DNA of 36,148 bases from an uncultured Eubacterium sp. (GTDB lineage Bacteria > Bacillota > Clostridia > Lachnospirales > Lachnospiraceae): positions 16,967 through 53,114 of the forward strand of contig CAZRNI010000002.1 of NCBI GenBank assembly GCA_964601425.1, read 5' to 3'. The notes under the pieces were generated by a model, which was given only the letters and a program-made list of their open reading frames with translations, had not been told where the DNA came from and made no database searches. This document shows, piece after piece, positions 17,377-26,127 of the stretch. How positions within the stretch are numbered: the first letter of the stretch is position 1; the number at the start of each line of letters is the position of its first letter. A program made the position numbers and the translations under genes.

Positions 17377-18375
17377 TTATTGCCTTTCCTTGTCCGTATA
17401 GGATCGCAGCACATTCTGCAAAAATTCCTGATACTCCTCACGCACATGCTCCGGTGAAACAATCTCCATTCCGCTCCCAAGCCCGGTCACCCATCCGAAG
17501 AACTGCGGGCTGACAGAAACCAGTATATGCGTGCGGACGTGATCCTTGCCGTCTGGAACGATCATGATATCCTTCCCGAAACGGTCGATCAGCACACCGA
17601 CCAGATGCTTTTCGCAGCGCAGCGTCACATCCGCATCCGATCCGCCATACATGCCGAAGGTCTTTTTGGCAAATGCCGCCAGGTCAAAGTCCTTGAACCG
17701 CTCACAGCCGTTGCGCGACTCATCCGTCAGTTCGATCCGGATCATTTTGTCTACACGGAAATGCTTGATCTTTTCGTCGTTTTCATCATAAGCAATGAGA
17801 TAATAGTTCTCATCATCCCAGGTAAGCGACCAGGGGCTGACACGGTATGTCTTTCCGTTGCGCTTCGCGACCAGCCGCTTTGCCGTATTCCACTCCCCGT
17901 ACTGGAATTCGATCTGCCGGTCCGTATTCATGGCGTTGTGGAGATCGTCCACGTTGTAATAGACTTTCTCGTTGCCGCTCTTCATGCGGTTTCTGATATA
18001 AACAGAACGATTCAGTTCAGAGGCTTTTTGCTCATTGATAAGCTTCATGAGCTTGCCGATCAGTTCCTCTGATTTCTTGACCGTAATAAATTTGGACGAC
18101 TGCACCGCATCCACAAGAAGCTTCAGCTCGGGCAACTCAAAATCCCGCGCACCGATGTAGTACCCGGGAGAGTCTTCCTTCTTATGCACATCGATCCCGA
18201 AATCGGATAGGATCTCTATGTTGCTGTAGATCGTCCGCCGGTCCGCTTGATAACCGTATTGCTCCAGAATGCGGAGCAGATCAGCCGCATTCAGTGTGTG
18301 CTCTTCATCGGTTTTCTGCAGCAACTCCCGCAGCATGATGAGGAGCGCCATTTTGTGGTTGTTAGTAAGTGCCAT
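17377..18375 (-). CDS. WYL-domain transcriptional regulator (HTH-WYL-WCX)
   Basis: TDEEHTL...RRTIYSNI HTH, SPWSLTWDDENYYLIAYD and FRVDKM motifs, WCX-type FFGWV. GAGG RBS before ATG at 18375. Confidence 0.9.
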   Translation of the reverse strand: MALTNNHKMALLIMLRELLQKTDEEHTLNAADLLRILEQYGYQADRRTIYSNIEILSDFGIDVHKKEDSPGYYIGARDFELPELKLLVDAVQSSKFITVKKSEELIGKLMKLINEQKASELNRSVYIRNRMKSGNEKVYYNVDDLHNAMNTDRQIEFQYGEWNTAKRLVAKRNGKTYRVSPWSLTWDDENYYLIAYDENDEKIKHFRVDKMIRIELTDESRNGCERFKDFDLAAFAKKTFGMYGGSDADVTLRCEKHLVGVLIDRFGKDIMIVPDGKDHVRTHILVSVSPQFFGWVTGLGSGMEIVSPEHVREEYQEFLQNVLRSYTDKERQ

Positions 18376-18440
18376 GTTTATTTCCTCGCGGAATGGTTCC
18401 ATTCACAATCAGACAGGTTGTTCGGTTGTCCAAGCTGATA

Positions 18441-18953
18441 TCATTGCGATTTCAGGCCCTCGTTCTTCCTCTCGTCTTCCATGATCTCGTTGCAGATGTC
18501 AATACACTCATCACAGATGAATACATTTGAGGGCGAAGCGATGATCTTCTTACATTTTTCCTCCGGCCTGCCGCAGAATGAACAAAATATTTTTTCTGGG
18601 AATTCTTTTTTCTGTCGGTAGCGATTTTCCATCTCAGTCTTTTTTTTCAGCAGATCAAAGTATTCTTTAACGGACCATCGATCTTCAAAACTCAGTGTAT
18701 CGTATATTTGCAGAAACCTCTGTTTTTCGGCAACCTCCCGACTGTCGCGGTCTTTTAATTCCCGAAGTTCTTCTTCAGGACCAACCGGAAATATTGACTT
18801 GTTCTGAAGAGCCACCTTGCTGCGGGTCAGCTTTATACATGGCAGCCATATAACACCGATCCGAATCATAAAATTCGCATGCTCATGAAACCAGACCTCA
18901 TATTCTTCTTGAGACTTCATCGATTTTATTTCTTCAAATTCTTTTAGTGTCAT
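18441..18953 (-). CDS. Hypothetical protein with C-terminal ClpX C4-type zinc finger
   Basis: CSFCGR...KIIA...[11 protein letters not shown] motif. No AAA+ domain. Confidence 0.75.
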   Translation of the reverse strand: MTLKEFEEIKSMKSQEEYEVWFHEHANFMIRIGVIWLPCIKLTRSKVALQNKSIFPVGPEEELRELKDRDSREVAEKQRFLQIYDTLSFEDRWSVKEYFDLLKKKTEMENRYRQKKEFPEKIFCSFCGRPEEKCKKIIASPSNVFICDECIDICNEIMEDERKNEGLKSQ

Positions 18954-18998
18954 ATCGGATCCTCCAGATACTAACGGCTTTGCGGTGCTTTTTCACGT

Positions 18999-19895
18999 TT
19001 ATTCCACGCCTATCGCCTTTAATGCCTGTTTGAAATGTGTCTCAAACGCCCGAATAGCCGTTCTCCCAGGTTCCTCGTCCGGACGCAACATATCGAATGC
19101 ATGCATGTCTGTATGATAAACGTCCAACTCTGCCTGAACGCCAGCCTCCCGGAGCTTCCGTACATAGTCCATCGTCTCCGCATAGAACGGCTCACTATCC
19201 CCGACAAAGGTATAGCAGGGCGGTAATCCGTGATGATCTTTCTGTCCGGCGGGGGATGCATAGGGCGGAACCTTCTTTTTTGCATTTCTCCGTAAATACA
19301 TTTTCCAGCCCAGATGGTTACGCCTTGTATTCCACACCATGCCGTGGTTGTCCCTGGACGATTCCGTATCCAGATTGCTGAGCATAGGGTAAAGAGGAAA
19401 CTGCCAGGCGATCTTTACCGATCCCCGGTCCCGGGCCAGCATGCAGAGTGCCGCAGCCAGACCGCCGCCGGCACTTTCCCCGCCGACCATGATCCGGTCC
19501 GGATCGATCTGAAGATCCCTGGCGTGCTTCTTTATAAACACCAGCGTTCTGTAGCAATCCTGCAGCGCGGCCGGATATGGCTTCTGCCACGCGAGCCTGT
19601 ACCCCGGGGATACGACCGTGATCCCGCACTTTTTCACCAGATCCGCTGCCCGCCCTATGTGGACCATTTCCTTCATGCCCAGGAAATATCCTCCGCCGTG
19701 GATCCAGAGCAGGGCAGGCATGTTATCCGTCTTTTCCTTCGGCTGCAGGATCAGGACGGGAATCCTTCCAGCCCGGATCTTCCGGACACAGATATCCCTG
19801 TCCGGACGCATACTGTATGATAATTGTATCAGTCTGCGCAAATCCATCCCGTGGCATAACCTCTCACATCTGATGCCGTACCACGGCATACTCAT
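18999..19895 (-). CDS. Alpha/beta hydrolase (HSL-family esterase/lipase)
   Basis: HGGG, YRLA, GESAGG and MHAFD motifs. Confidence 0.9.
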   Translation of the reverse strand: MSMPWYGIRCERLCHGMDLRRLIQLSYSMRPDRDICVRKIRAGRIPVLILQPKEKTDNMPALLWIHGGGYFLGMKEMVHIGRAADLVKKCGITVVSPGYRLAWQKPYPAALQDCYRTLVFIKKHARDLQIDPDRIMVGGESAGGGLAAALCMLARDRGSVKIAWQFPLYPMLSNLDTESSRDNHGMVWNTRRNHLGWKMYLRRNAKKKVPPYASPAGQKDHHGLPPCYTFVGDSEPFYAETMDYVRKLREAGVQAELDVYHTDMHAFDMLRPDEEPGRTAIRAFETHFKQALKAIGVE

Positions 19896-20034
19896 CCCCG
19901 TTCCGCCAGAACGGGCACTGCTTCCGGTCGCCCTGCATCAGACGGGCGTAGTCGTCCTCGTCCATGTCGGCAGAGCAGAAATATTCCTCGTAATCCTCGT
20001 CATATACGAAGAGCGCGCATGTCTCGCAGTTCAT
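19864..20034 (-). CDS. Small Cys/Asp-rich protein (DUF6472-like)
   Basis: MNCETC..FVYDEDYEEYFC..DMDEDD...CPFW..GDEYAVVRHQM. Confidence 0.7.
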   Translation of the reverse strand: MNCETCALFVYDEDYEEYFCSADMDEDDYARLMQGDRKQCPFWRNGDEYAVVRHQM

Positions 20035-20038
20035 AATG

Positions 20039-20518
20039 TTATTCCTTGCTGGTTGCATAGATATCCAGATCCTGCCGATAGAACACCTTTTCTGAAGCAC
20101 GGATATCCCGGATGCGTTCCAGGAGTTCTTTGAAATAACCTCCGCCGCCCAGCTCCTTCAACCGGTCATCATCCAGTGTGAACCCTTTTCGAATATACTC
20201 ATTCAGCCGCTTTGTCGCCCATTGCCGAAACTGTGTGCCTCGAAGAGACTTGACCCGATATCCTACGGAGATGATCACATCAAGATTGTAAAACTGGACC
20301 GGCTGTTTTACTCCATCAACACGCATTTTTTGCGTGTTGTTCTCTTTGACCAATTCCCCTTCAGAAAAAACGTTGTTAATATGCTTTCTTATAGTCTTTT
20401 CGTCCCGGCCGAAGAGCAGTGCCATTTTATTGGCCGTAAGCTATACCGTCTCCTAATCCATAATGACATCTACTTCAACCTGCCCGTCTTCGGTTTTGTA
20501 TAACAGAAACTCACTCAT
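20039..20518 (-). pseudogene. RhuM-family (Bro-N-like DNA-binding) gene remnant
   Basis: Reads MSEFLLYKTEDGQVEVDVIMD*ETV*LTANKMALLF...YNLDVIISVGYRVKSLRGTQFRQWA. Two in-frame TAGs (20453-55 and 20441-43), and it ends early at DIYATSKE. Confidence 0.8.
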
Positions 20519-20834
20519 GTTCAGTCTCCTCTTCACCCTCATCTGTGCCAAGCCCGTAGTATAACATTTCATAGTACCGGGCATTGGCTTCTTCACTGGC
20601 CTTCTTCTCACGCCAGGCATCGATCTCGCTGCGGATCGCGAGCATCTCATCGACCAGCAGTTCTTTGTTCTTCGGTTTCACGTAATGGAGATAGGAGATC
20701 ATCCGCTCCATGGCCTTCGGGCTGCCGAGATGCTTTGCGATCGCATTCCCCAGCTCCGCGGGAAACCCGAGGCTTTCCACGGCACGGACAAGATCATCCC
20801 TCGTCCGGCTCCACAGTCTTTGATCCGATGTCAT
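20511..20834 (-). CDS. Hypothetical protein
   Basis: About 107 aa. The GGGAGG RBS fits the ATG at 20834. Confidence 0.7.
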   Translation of the reverse strand: MTSDQRLWSRTRDDLVRAVESLGFPAELGNAIAKHLGSPKAMERMISYLHYVKPKNKELLVDEMLAIRSEIDAWREKKASEEANARYYEMLYYGLGTDEGEEETEHE

Positions 20835-20858
20835 ACCGTGCATCCTCCCGTTGTCATC

Positions 20859-21464
20859 TCATCGCACCTCCTTGTCCCGGCGCTTCCGCACGGTCGGATG
20901 TTCCGCCAGGATTTTTTTATAGCACGGGCAGTCTGCATCATGATCATTGATGATCCCGCAGGCCTGCAGGTGCGAGTAGATGGTTACCGGTCCGACGTAC
21001 TTGAAACCGCGCTTTTTCAGGTCTTTGCTGATCTTATCCGAAAGGCCGTTGCTCACCGGGATCGGACCTTTGTCATGTCCGATGTACAGGATCGTTTTAT
21101 TTCCGGAATAATTCCAGAGGTAATCGCAGAAACTGCCGAATTCCTCCCGGACCTTCTGATAACACCGGGCGTTATTGATGATCGCATTCACCTTGCGCGG
21201 TGAACGGATCATGCCTTCTGTATTCAGGATCCGTTCCACATCCGCTTCACCATACGCGGCGATCTTATCGAATTCAAAGTTGTCGAAGCACTTCCGGAAA
21301 ATCTCCCGCTTTTTCAGCATGAGATCCCAGGACAGCCCGCACTGCAGACATTCCAGCGTCAGATGCTCGAACATCTGCCGGTCGTCGTGCACAGGGATGC
21401 CCCATTCATTATCATGATAGATCCGGTTGGCCTCATTCATACCGGCCCATACGCAATACCCCAT
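20859..21464 (-). CDS. tag: DNA-3-methyladenine glycosylase I
   Basis: YHDNEWG, LECLQCGLSW, LKKRGFKYVGP and QACGIINDH..C motifs. Confidence 0.93.
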   Translation of the reverse strand: MGYCVWAGMNEANRIYHDNEWGIPVHDDRQMFEHLTLECLQCGLSWDLMLKKREIFRKCFDNFEFDKIAAYGEADVERILNTEGMIRSPRKVNAIINNARCYQKVREEFGSFCDYLWNYSGNKTILYIGHDKGPIPVSNGLSDKISKDLKKRGFKYVGPVTIYSHLQACGIINDHDADCPCYKKILAEHPTVRKRRDKEVR

Positions 21465-21480
21465 ATGCCGCTTCTCCTGT

Positions 21481-22221
21481 CTATTTCTTCAGTGCCGCGC
21501 TTAAGGAATGCGGGATCCCGCGCGGCCCGCGGACGGCGTAAATGCCGTATTCCGTTTTCAGCTTTTCAAAAGTGAACTTATCCGGCGCGTACCGCTTCTG
21601 CAGCCGGATCTTCATAAGCGCCGTGATGGTCAGGTTCTGATCCTGGTACTGATACGGGATATCCGTCTCCGTGACCTTGCACTTAAAGAGAACGGCTGAT
21701 ACCGGCGCTCCCACATACATAAAAACGGTATCGCCCTTTTTGATCCCGGCGCCCTGCTTCCAGTCGATCTCATCCGCATCGTCAAAGGCATGGACAATAT
21801 CGTAGTATTTCGGATTAGCCGGAATGATCCACTCCTTAGGCGGACGGATCTTTTCCTTCTTCTTCGCCGATGCCGTTGCCAGAAAGCTCATATGGATCAG
21901 GTCGAAGACCCGTTCCTCCGGCACCGTACCGTCCAGCAGCACCGTGATCCAATGCAGCTTGTTCATGTGGTACGCGGGCAGGATGCCGTCTTCGCGGATG
22001 ATCATGTCCCGGAAGAGGAGGTCGTCGATCTTCAGGTTGATGCAGTCCACATAGTCCGCAGTGGACAGGCCGAGCTTATCGCCGGTCACGTCCATTACCA
22101 GGGCGAACCATTTCTTATTGTCCGCGTGGCGGAAGACGGCATTTCCAGGATACATCTTCCATGGATATTCCGGCGCGACATTATATTTCTTTTTGATGTG
22201 ATCGAATACTTTCTGACGCAT
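21481..22221 (-). CDS. MmcQ/YjbR-family DNA-binding protein with C-terminal EVE/PUA-like domain
   Basis: KWFAL...NLK...PAYHMNKLHWITV. Second domain WIIPANPKYYD...GDTVFMYVGAP. Confidence 0.85.
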   Translation of the reverse strand: MRQKVFDHIKKKYNVAPEYPWKMYPGNAVFRHADNKKWFALVMDVTGDKLGLSTADYVDCINLKIDDLLFRDMIIREDGILPAYHMNKLHWITVLLDGTVPEERVFDLIHMSFLATASAKKKEKIRPPKEWIIPANPKYYDIVHAFDDADEIDWKQGAGIKKGDTVFMYVGAPVSAVLFKCKVTETDIPYQYQDQNLTITALMKIRLQKRYAPDKFTFEKLKTEYGIYAVRGPRGIPHSLSAALKK

Positions 22222-22226
22222 GCTTC

Positions 22227-22508
22227 CTATCGGATCTCCCGTTCCTCATCCAGGATCTCGGCTTCTGTGTTTTCCTCTATAAACAGCGAGATGTCGTCCA
22301 TCAGGCTGTCTGCCATCGCGTTATGCGGAACGATCGCGGCCACACCGATCACGATGATTTGGTGAATGTCCTGCTCATCGATCTCCGCCGCGGACACATG
22401 ATATTTGTTCTGCAGTTTCGCGATGAGACTCTTTACGATCATCCGCTTTTCCTTCAGACTGTGCACCCACGGCGCGTGAAGCCGGAAGGTCATTGCCGCT
22501 ATTTTCAT
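22227..22508 (-). CDS. DUF503 (YlxP-like) protein
   Basis: HSLKEKRMIVKSLI.KL.NKY.VSAAEI..QD.H motif. Confidence 0.85.
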   Translation of the reverse strand: MKIAAMTFRLHAPWVHSLKEKRMIVKSLIAKLQNKYHVSAAEIDEQDIHQIIVIGVAAIVPHNAMADSLMDDISLFIEENTEAEILDEEREIR

Positions 22509-22512
22509 ATGC

Positions 22513-22845
22513 TCACTCACGGATAAATGACCGGTCCGTGTCCGGCAGTTCTTCCTCTGCGGAAACAAATCGCTCCACGCGCATGTGCAGGTCGTATTTC
22601 TCCCGCAGCTCCGCGATTTTCTCCATCATAGGCGAGACGTGATGCGCGTCGATCGCCGCCTGGTCCTCCCACTGGTCGATCAGGAGCACCGTCTCCGGAT
22701 CGTTCATTGGGAAGAAATATTCGTACCGGAGATTCCCAGCTTCCGCACGGATGGTTGCAGCCGTTCCACTTCGTTCCATTTCTTCCGCAAACCGGCGCGC
22801 GCTGCCGTTTTTGCCTGTGTAATACAAATTGACGGTAATGCTCAT
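22513..22845 (-). CDS. Antibiotic biosynthesis monooxygenase (ABM) family protein
   Basis: IRAEAGNLRYEYF...LLIDQWEDQAAIDAHH motif. Confidence 0.85.
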   Translation of the reverse strand: MSITVNLYYTGKNGSARRFAEEMERSGTAATIRAEAGNLRYEYFFPMNDPETVLLIDQWEDQAAIDAHHVSPMMEKIAELREKYDLHMRVERFVSAEEELPDTDRSFIRE

Positions 22846-22856
22846 AGTGTTCCCCT

Positions 22857-23147
22857 TTAATACAATTCCTTCAGCACCAGCACCGTGATCCCGGGATTGT
22901 CGCCGGGAACAATGCGCTTTACCTTTGGCTCGTACTGATACCAGTCATGGATCATCGTGCGCAGATTGGTTCCACGATGATAGCCGTGTATCAGCTGGAT
23001 CTGATATGTCGTCGGCCCAGCGGACGCAATCGCCCTGTCGATAACTTTGATAGCTTCCTCCTGGCGCAGGCCGTGCAGATCGATTTTTACAAACGCTTCA
23101 CTCATATTTTCACTCTGGAACCTCATATATTGAAAGAGGTTATCCAT
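22857..23147 (-). CDS. Stand-alone Smr domain protein
   Basis: IDLHGL, LIHGYHRG and NPGITV motifs. Alternative start at 23105. Confidence 0.85.
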   Translation of the reverse strand: MDNLFQYMRFQSENMSEAFVKIDLHGLRQEEAIKVIDRAIASAGPTTYQIQLIHGYHRGTNLRTMIHDWYQYEPKVKRIVPGDNPGITVLVLKELY

Positions 23148-23174
23148 ATCCTTCTGTTGGGAATGTCAAACTAC

Positions 23175-23196
23175 GTGCCTGAGGGAGGCACTTTTT
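23175..23196 (+). terminator. Plus-strand intrinsic terminator upstream of the silent hsdS cassettes
   Basis: GTGCCT-GAGGG-AGGCAC-TTTTT. Confidence 0.5.
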
Positions 23197-23297
23197 GAAG
23201 GGATTATCAATCTAAATGCCTTTATAATTATACACGGTAACCGCGCTTGCGTCACCGGCTTCTGCAAGAAAAGCTATAGCTTTAGATATCCCACCAC

Positions 23298-23327
23298 TGC
23301 CGATAATACGCCCTATGAGAAGGTCGG
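23298..23327 (+). repeat. hsdS inversion site IR-A (left), 30 bp
   Basis: TGCCGATAATACGCCCTATGAGAAGGTCGG is the exact reverse complement of 27482-27511. Confidence 0.9.
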
Positions 23328-24114
23328 CAATGCGGAACCGGTGAGTATAGCGGATGAGGTGCCGTTTGACATCCCAGAGAGCTGGGAGTGGTGCCGGTTA
23401 TCTGATCTTACAGTGAAAGAGATCAAACGAGGAAAATCGCCGACATATATTGCCTCCAGTGGCACGTTAGTATTTGCGCAGAAGTGCAATGCGAAGGCCG
23501 GCGGAATCGATATGTCACTTGCCAAATTTTTGGATGAGAAAACACTTGGAAAATACCCTGCCGAAGAATTTATGCAGGATTATGATATAGTGGTCAACTC
23601 CACTGGGACAGGAACCATGGGTCGCATAGGCCTGTTTCGTGATTCTGATAATCCAACAGGTCTTCCTATCGTTCCTGATTCTCACGTAACTGTTGTACGT
23701 TTAAATCATAGTGTATCCATTGATTATTTGCTTTGCTGCCTACAATACTATCAGCCATATTTGGAAGAGCATGGTGAAGGCTCTACAAACCAGAAAGAAC
23801 TTAAACCGGATACAATAAAAAACTTGTATATTCCGTTGCCACCAATATCGGAACAGAAAAGAATTGCAGATATGGTGACGATCTTAGAGCCGTATATTTC
23901 TGCATATGGAAAGAAGGACTCTCAGCTTGCAGAACTTAACAAAGAATTCCCGGAACAGCTCAAAAAGTCGATTCTCCAGCTGGCAGTCCAAGGAAAACTC
24001 GTTCCACAGGATCCGGCAGACGAGCCAGCAAGTATACTTCTGGAACGGATTCGTGCAGAAAAGGAGCGCCTGATAAAGGAAGGCAAAATCAAAAGGGACA
24101 AGAACGAATCTGTG

Positions 24115-24143
24115 ATTTTCAGAAGGGATAATTCTCATTATGA
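24115..24143 (+). repeat. hsdS inversion site IR-B (left), 29 bp
   Basis: ATTTTCAGAAGGGATAATTCTCATTATGA is the reverse complement of 26699-26727. Confidence 0.85.
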
Positions 24144-24710
24144 AAAGCGCGGGAAAGCAGAAGTGTGTATTGATGAAGTGATCCCGTTTGAAATACCTTA
24201 AACGTGGGCTTGGGTTCGATGGGGAGCACTATCTGAATCTATCCAGTATGGATATAATGCGCCAGCTCAGGACCACGGTCGCATAAAAATGGTCAGAATA
24301 AGTGACATACAAGACGGAAAAGTTCTTTGGAATTCTGTACCATACTGTAATATTCCTGAAGCAGACATTGAATCATATTTGCTGAGGAAGAATGATATTC
24401 TTTTTGCCAGAACAGGAGGTACGGTAGGTAAATCATATCTTGTGCAAGACGTGCCAGAAGATTCAATTTATGCGGGATACTTGATACGAACACGATATAG
24501 CGAATTGCTGTGCTCGCAATACCTGAAGTACTTTATGGACTCTCCGCTATATTGGTCACAGCTAAAAGAAGGAACAACTGCAACAGCGCAGCCAAATTGT
24601 AACGGAAAAACACTTGGAAATATGTTAATTCCTATCCCCCCAGTTGCTGAGCAGCTACGTATCGTAGAACTTTTACAAACGGCTTTTTCAGAGGCCAGTG
24701 CTTTGTAAAG

Positions 24711-24730
24711 TTCTCATTATGAGAAGTTGG
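24711..24730 (+). repeat. hsdS inversion site IR-C (left), 20 bp
   Basis: TTCTCATTATGAGAAGTTGG is the reverse complement of 26691-26710. Confidence 0.85.
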
Positions 24731-25233
24731 ACGGTAAAGAGCGTTGCATCGACGATGAAATTCCATTTGATATACCGGATTCTTGGATATGGAGCCGTGT
24801 GGGAAATGTATTTTCGCTGCAAGCGGGAAAAAATATACCGTCATCAGATATTCTCGAATCCAAGTTCGATGGGTCGTTTCCTTGTTTCGGGGGCAACGGT
24901 ATACGTGGCTACGTATCGTTCTACAACCACGAAGGAGACTACCCTCTTATCGGAAGGCAGGGGGCATTGTGCGGTAATATTAATCTCGCCTCAGGAAAGT
25001 TCTATGCTACGGAACACGCAGTATGTGTCGCATTATTTGCTAACACCAATGTTTCTTGGGCTTGTTTTTTCTTAGAAGCATTGAATTTGAATCAGTATGC
25101 GACAGCAACAGCTCAGCCCGGCTTGGCCGTTGCAAATATAAACAAAGTTTTTATTCCTGTACCACCATTGCCCGAACAAGAAAGAATCGTGCAACAGATT
25201 CAAGCACTATTCCCAATCATCAAAGCCCTGTAA
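24711..25233 (+). pseudogene. hsdS: Silent hsdS cassette with a single TRD2c
   Basis: Reads SHYEKLDGKERCIDDEIPFDIPDSWIW...PVPPLPEQERIV. Starts at the repeat, 2 bp after the previous cassette's stop, with no RBS. Confidence 0.88.
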
Positions 25234-25255
25234 CACGTCTTTCCTATAATATCGC

Positions 25256-25276
25256 GGTGAAAGGAGGTCTTTCACC
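25256..25276 (+). promoter_or_regulatory. Hairpin overlapping the recombinase RBS
   Basis: GGTGAAAG-GAGGT-CTTTCACC immediately before ATG at 25277. TATAAT at 25245-25250. Confidence 0.6.
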
Positions 25277-26080
25277 ATGATAGAAGAATTTGAAAGACAT
25301 TTGAAGAGGACGAACCTCTCAGAAAACACCAAGGCATCATACTTGTTCGCGGTACGCCAGTACAGCGAACAGTATGGAGAAATCACCCAGAAGAATCTGC
25401 GGGCGTACAAGGTCTGGTTGATTGAAAACTACAAGCCGAAGACGGTTAACCTGCGTCTTCGTGCGATCAACTGCTACCTTGAGAGCATCGGCAAGGAGAA
25501 ATGGAAGCTGCCCTTTGTGAGGGTGCAGCAGAAAGCGTTCTTAGAGAATGTGATCAGCGAGGCTGATTATGAGTACTTCAAGAACTGCCTGAAACGTGAT
25601 GGCGAATTGTTTTGGTATTTTGTCATCCGCTTTCTTGCCGCAACCGGGGCAAGGGTGAGCGAGCTCATTCAGATCAAGGTCGAGCATATCAAGCGTGGAC
25701 ACCTTGATTTGTATTCCAAAGGCGGAAAGCTACGACGGATATACATCCCCAAAGCTCTTCAGGAGGAAGCCCTTTCTTGGTTGGCAGAAAAGCAGCAGGA
25801 AAGCGGCTTCATTTTTTTGAACAAATACGGAGTGCGAATCACTACCCGCGGAATCTCAGGACAGTTGAAGAAGCTGGCTGTCCGCTATGAAATTGATCCG
25901 GTTGTTGTATATCCCCACTCTTTTCGGCACCGGTTTGCAAAGAGCTTTCTTGACCGTTGCAATGACATTGCTTTTCTTGCCGATCTCATGGGGCATGAGA
26001 GCATTGAAACGACACGGATCTATCTCCGGAAGACGGCAACCGAGCAGCGTGAGATTGTAGACAAGATTATCGACTGGTAG
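25277..26080 (+). CDS. Tyrosine recombinase (hsdS invertase, CreX/PsrA-like)
   Basis: TGARVSE (R), KGGK (K), HSFRH, LMGHES and TRIY (Y) catalytic residues. Lies between the expressed and silent hsdS. Confidence 0.93.
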   Translation: MIEEFERHLKRTNLSENTKASYLFAVRQYSEQYGEITQKNLRAYKVWLIENYKPKTVNLRLRAINCYLESIGKEKWKLPFVRVQQKAFLENVISEADYEYFKNCLKRDGELFWYFVIRFLAATGARVSELIQIKVEHIKRGHLDLYSKGGKLRRIYIPKALQEEALSWLAEKQQESGFIFLNKYGVRITTRGISGQLKKLAVRYEIDPVVVYPHSFRHRFAKSFLDRCNDIAFLADLMGHESIETTRIYLRKTATEQREIVDKIIDW

Positions 26081-26127
26081 TAATAATGCCGCCACAACCT
26101 CAACAGGGGCGGTGGCGGCTATTATTA
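26081..26127. terminator. Probable bidirectional terminator between the recombinase and hsdS
   Basis: TAATAAT-GCCGCCAC...GTGGCGGC-TATTATTA inverted repeat between convergent genes. Confidence 0.55.

Larger units (their letters stand above)
23298..24708 (+). pseudogene. hsdS: Silent hsdS cassette with TRD1b, central conserved region and TRD2b; lacks the 5' end and has an in-frame TAA at 24199-24201
   Basis: Begins mid-gene at ADNTPYEKVG, has PFDIPESWEW and KKSILQLAVQGKLVPQDP. The frame continues past the TAA as TWAWVRWG...MVRISDIQ to 24708. Confidence 0.88.

Noticed and set aside
20441-20455. TAG recoding (pyrrolysine or alternative code) to explain the rhuM amber codons
   Set aside because: TAG is an ordinary stop for recD2, yjbR, the recombinase and the 31661 HTH gene. 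No pyl genes are seen, and rhuM is also truncated.
13043-23147. Integron-like cassette array driven by the tyrosine recombinase
   Set aside because: I found no recurring attC-like repeat between genes and many genes overlap. The recombinase is explained by the hsdS repeats.
23341-25233. ORFs 23341-24201, 24289-24708 and 24727-25233 as independent expressed hsdS genes
   Set aside because: The starts are internal codons without a convincing RBS, and homology begins at the recombination repeats, so they are treated as silent cassettes.
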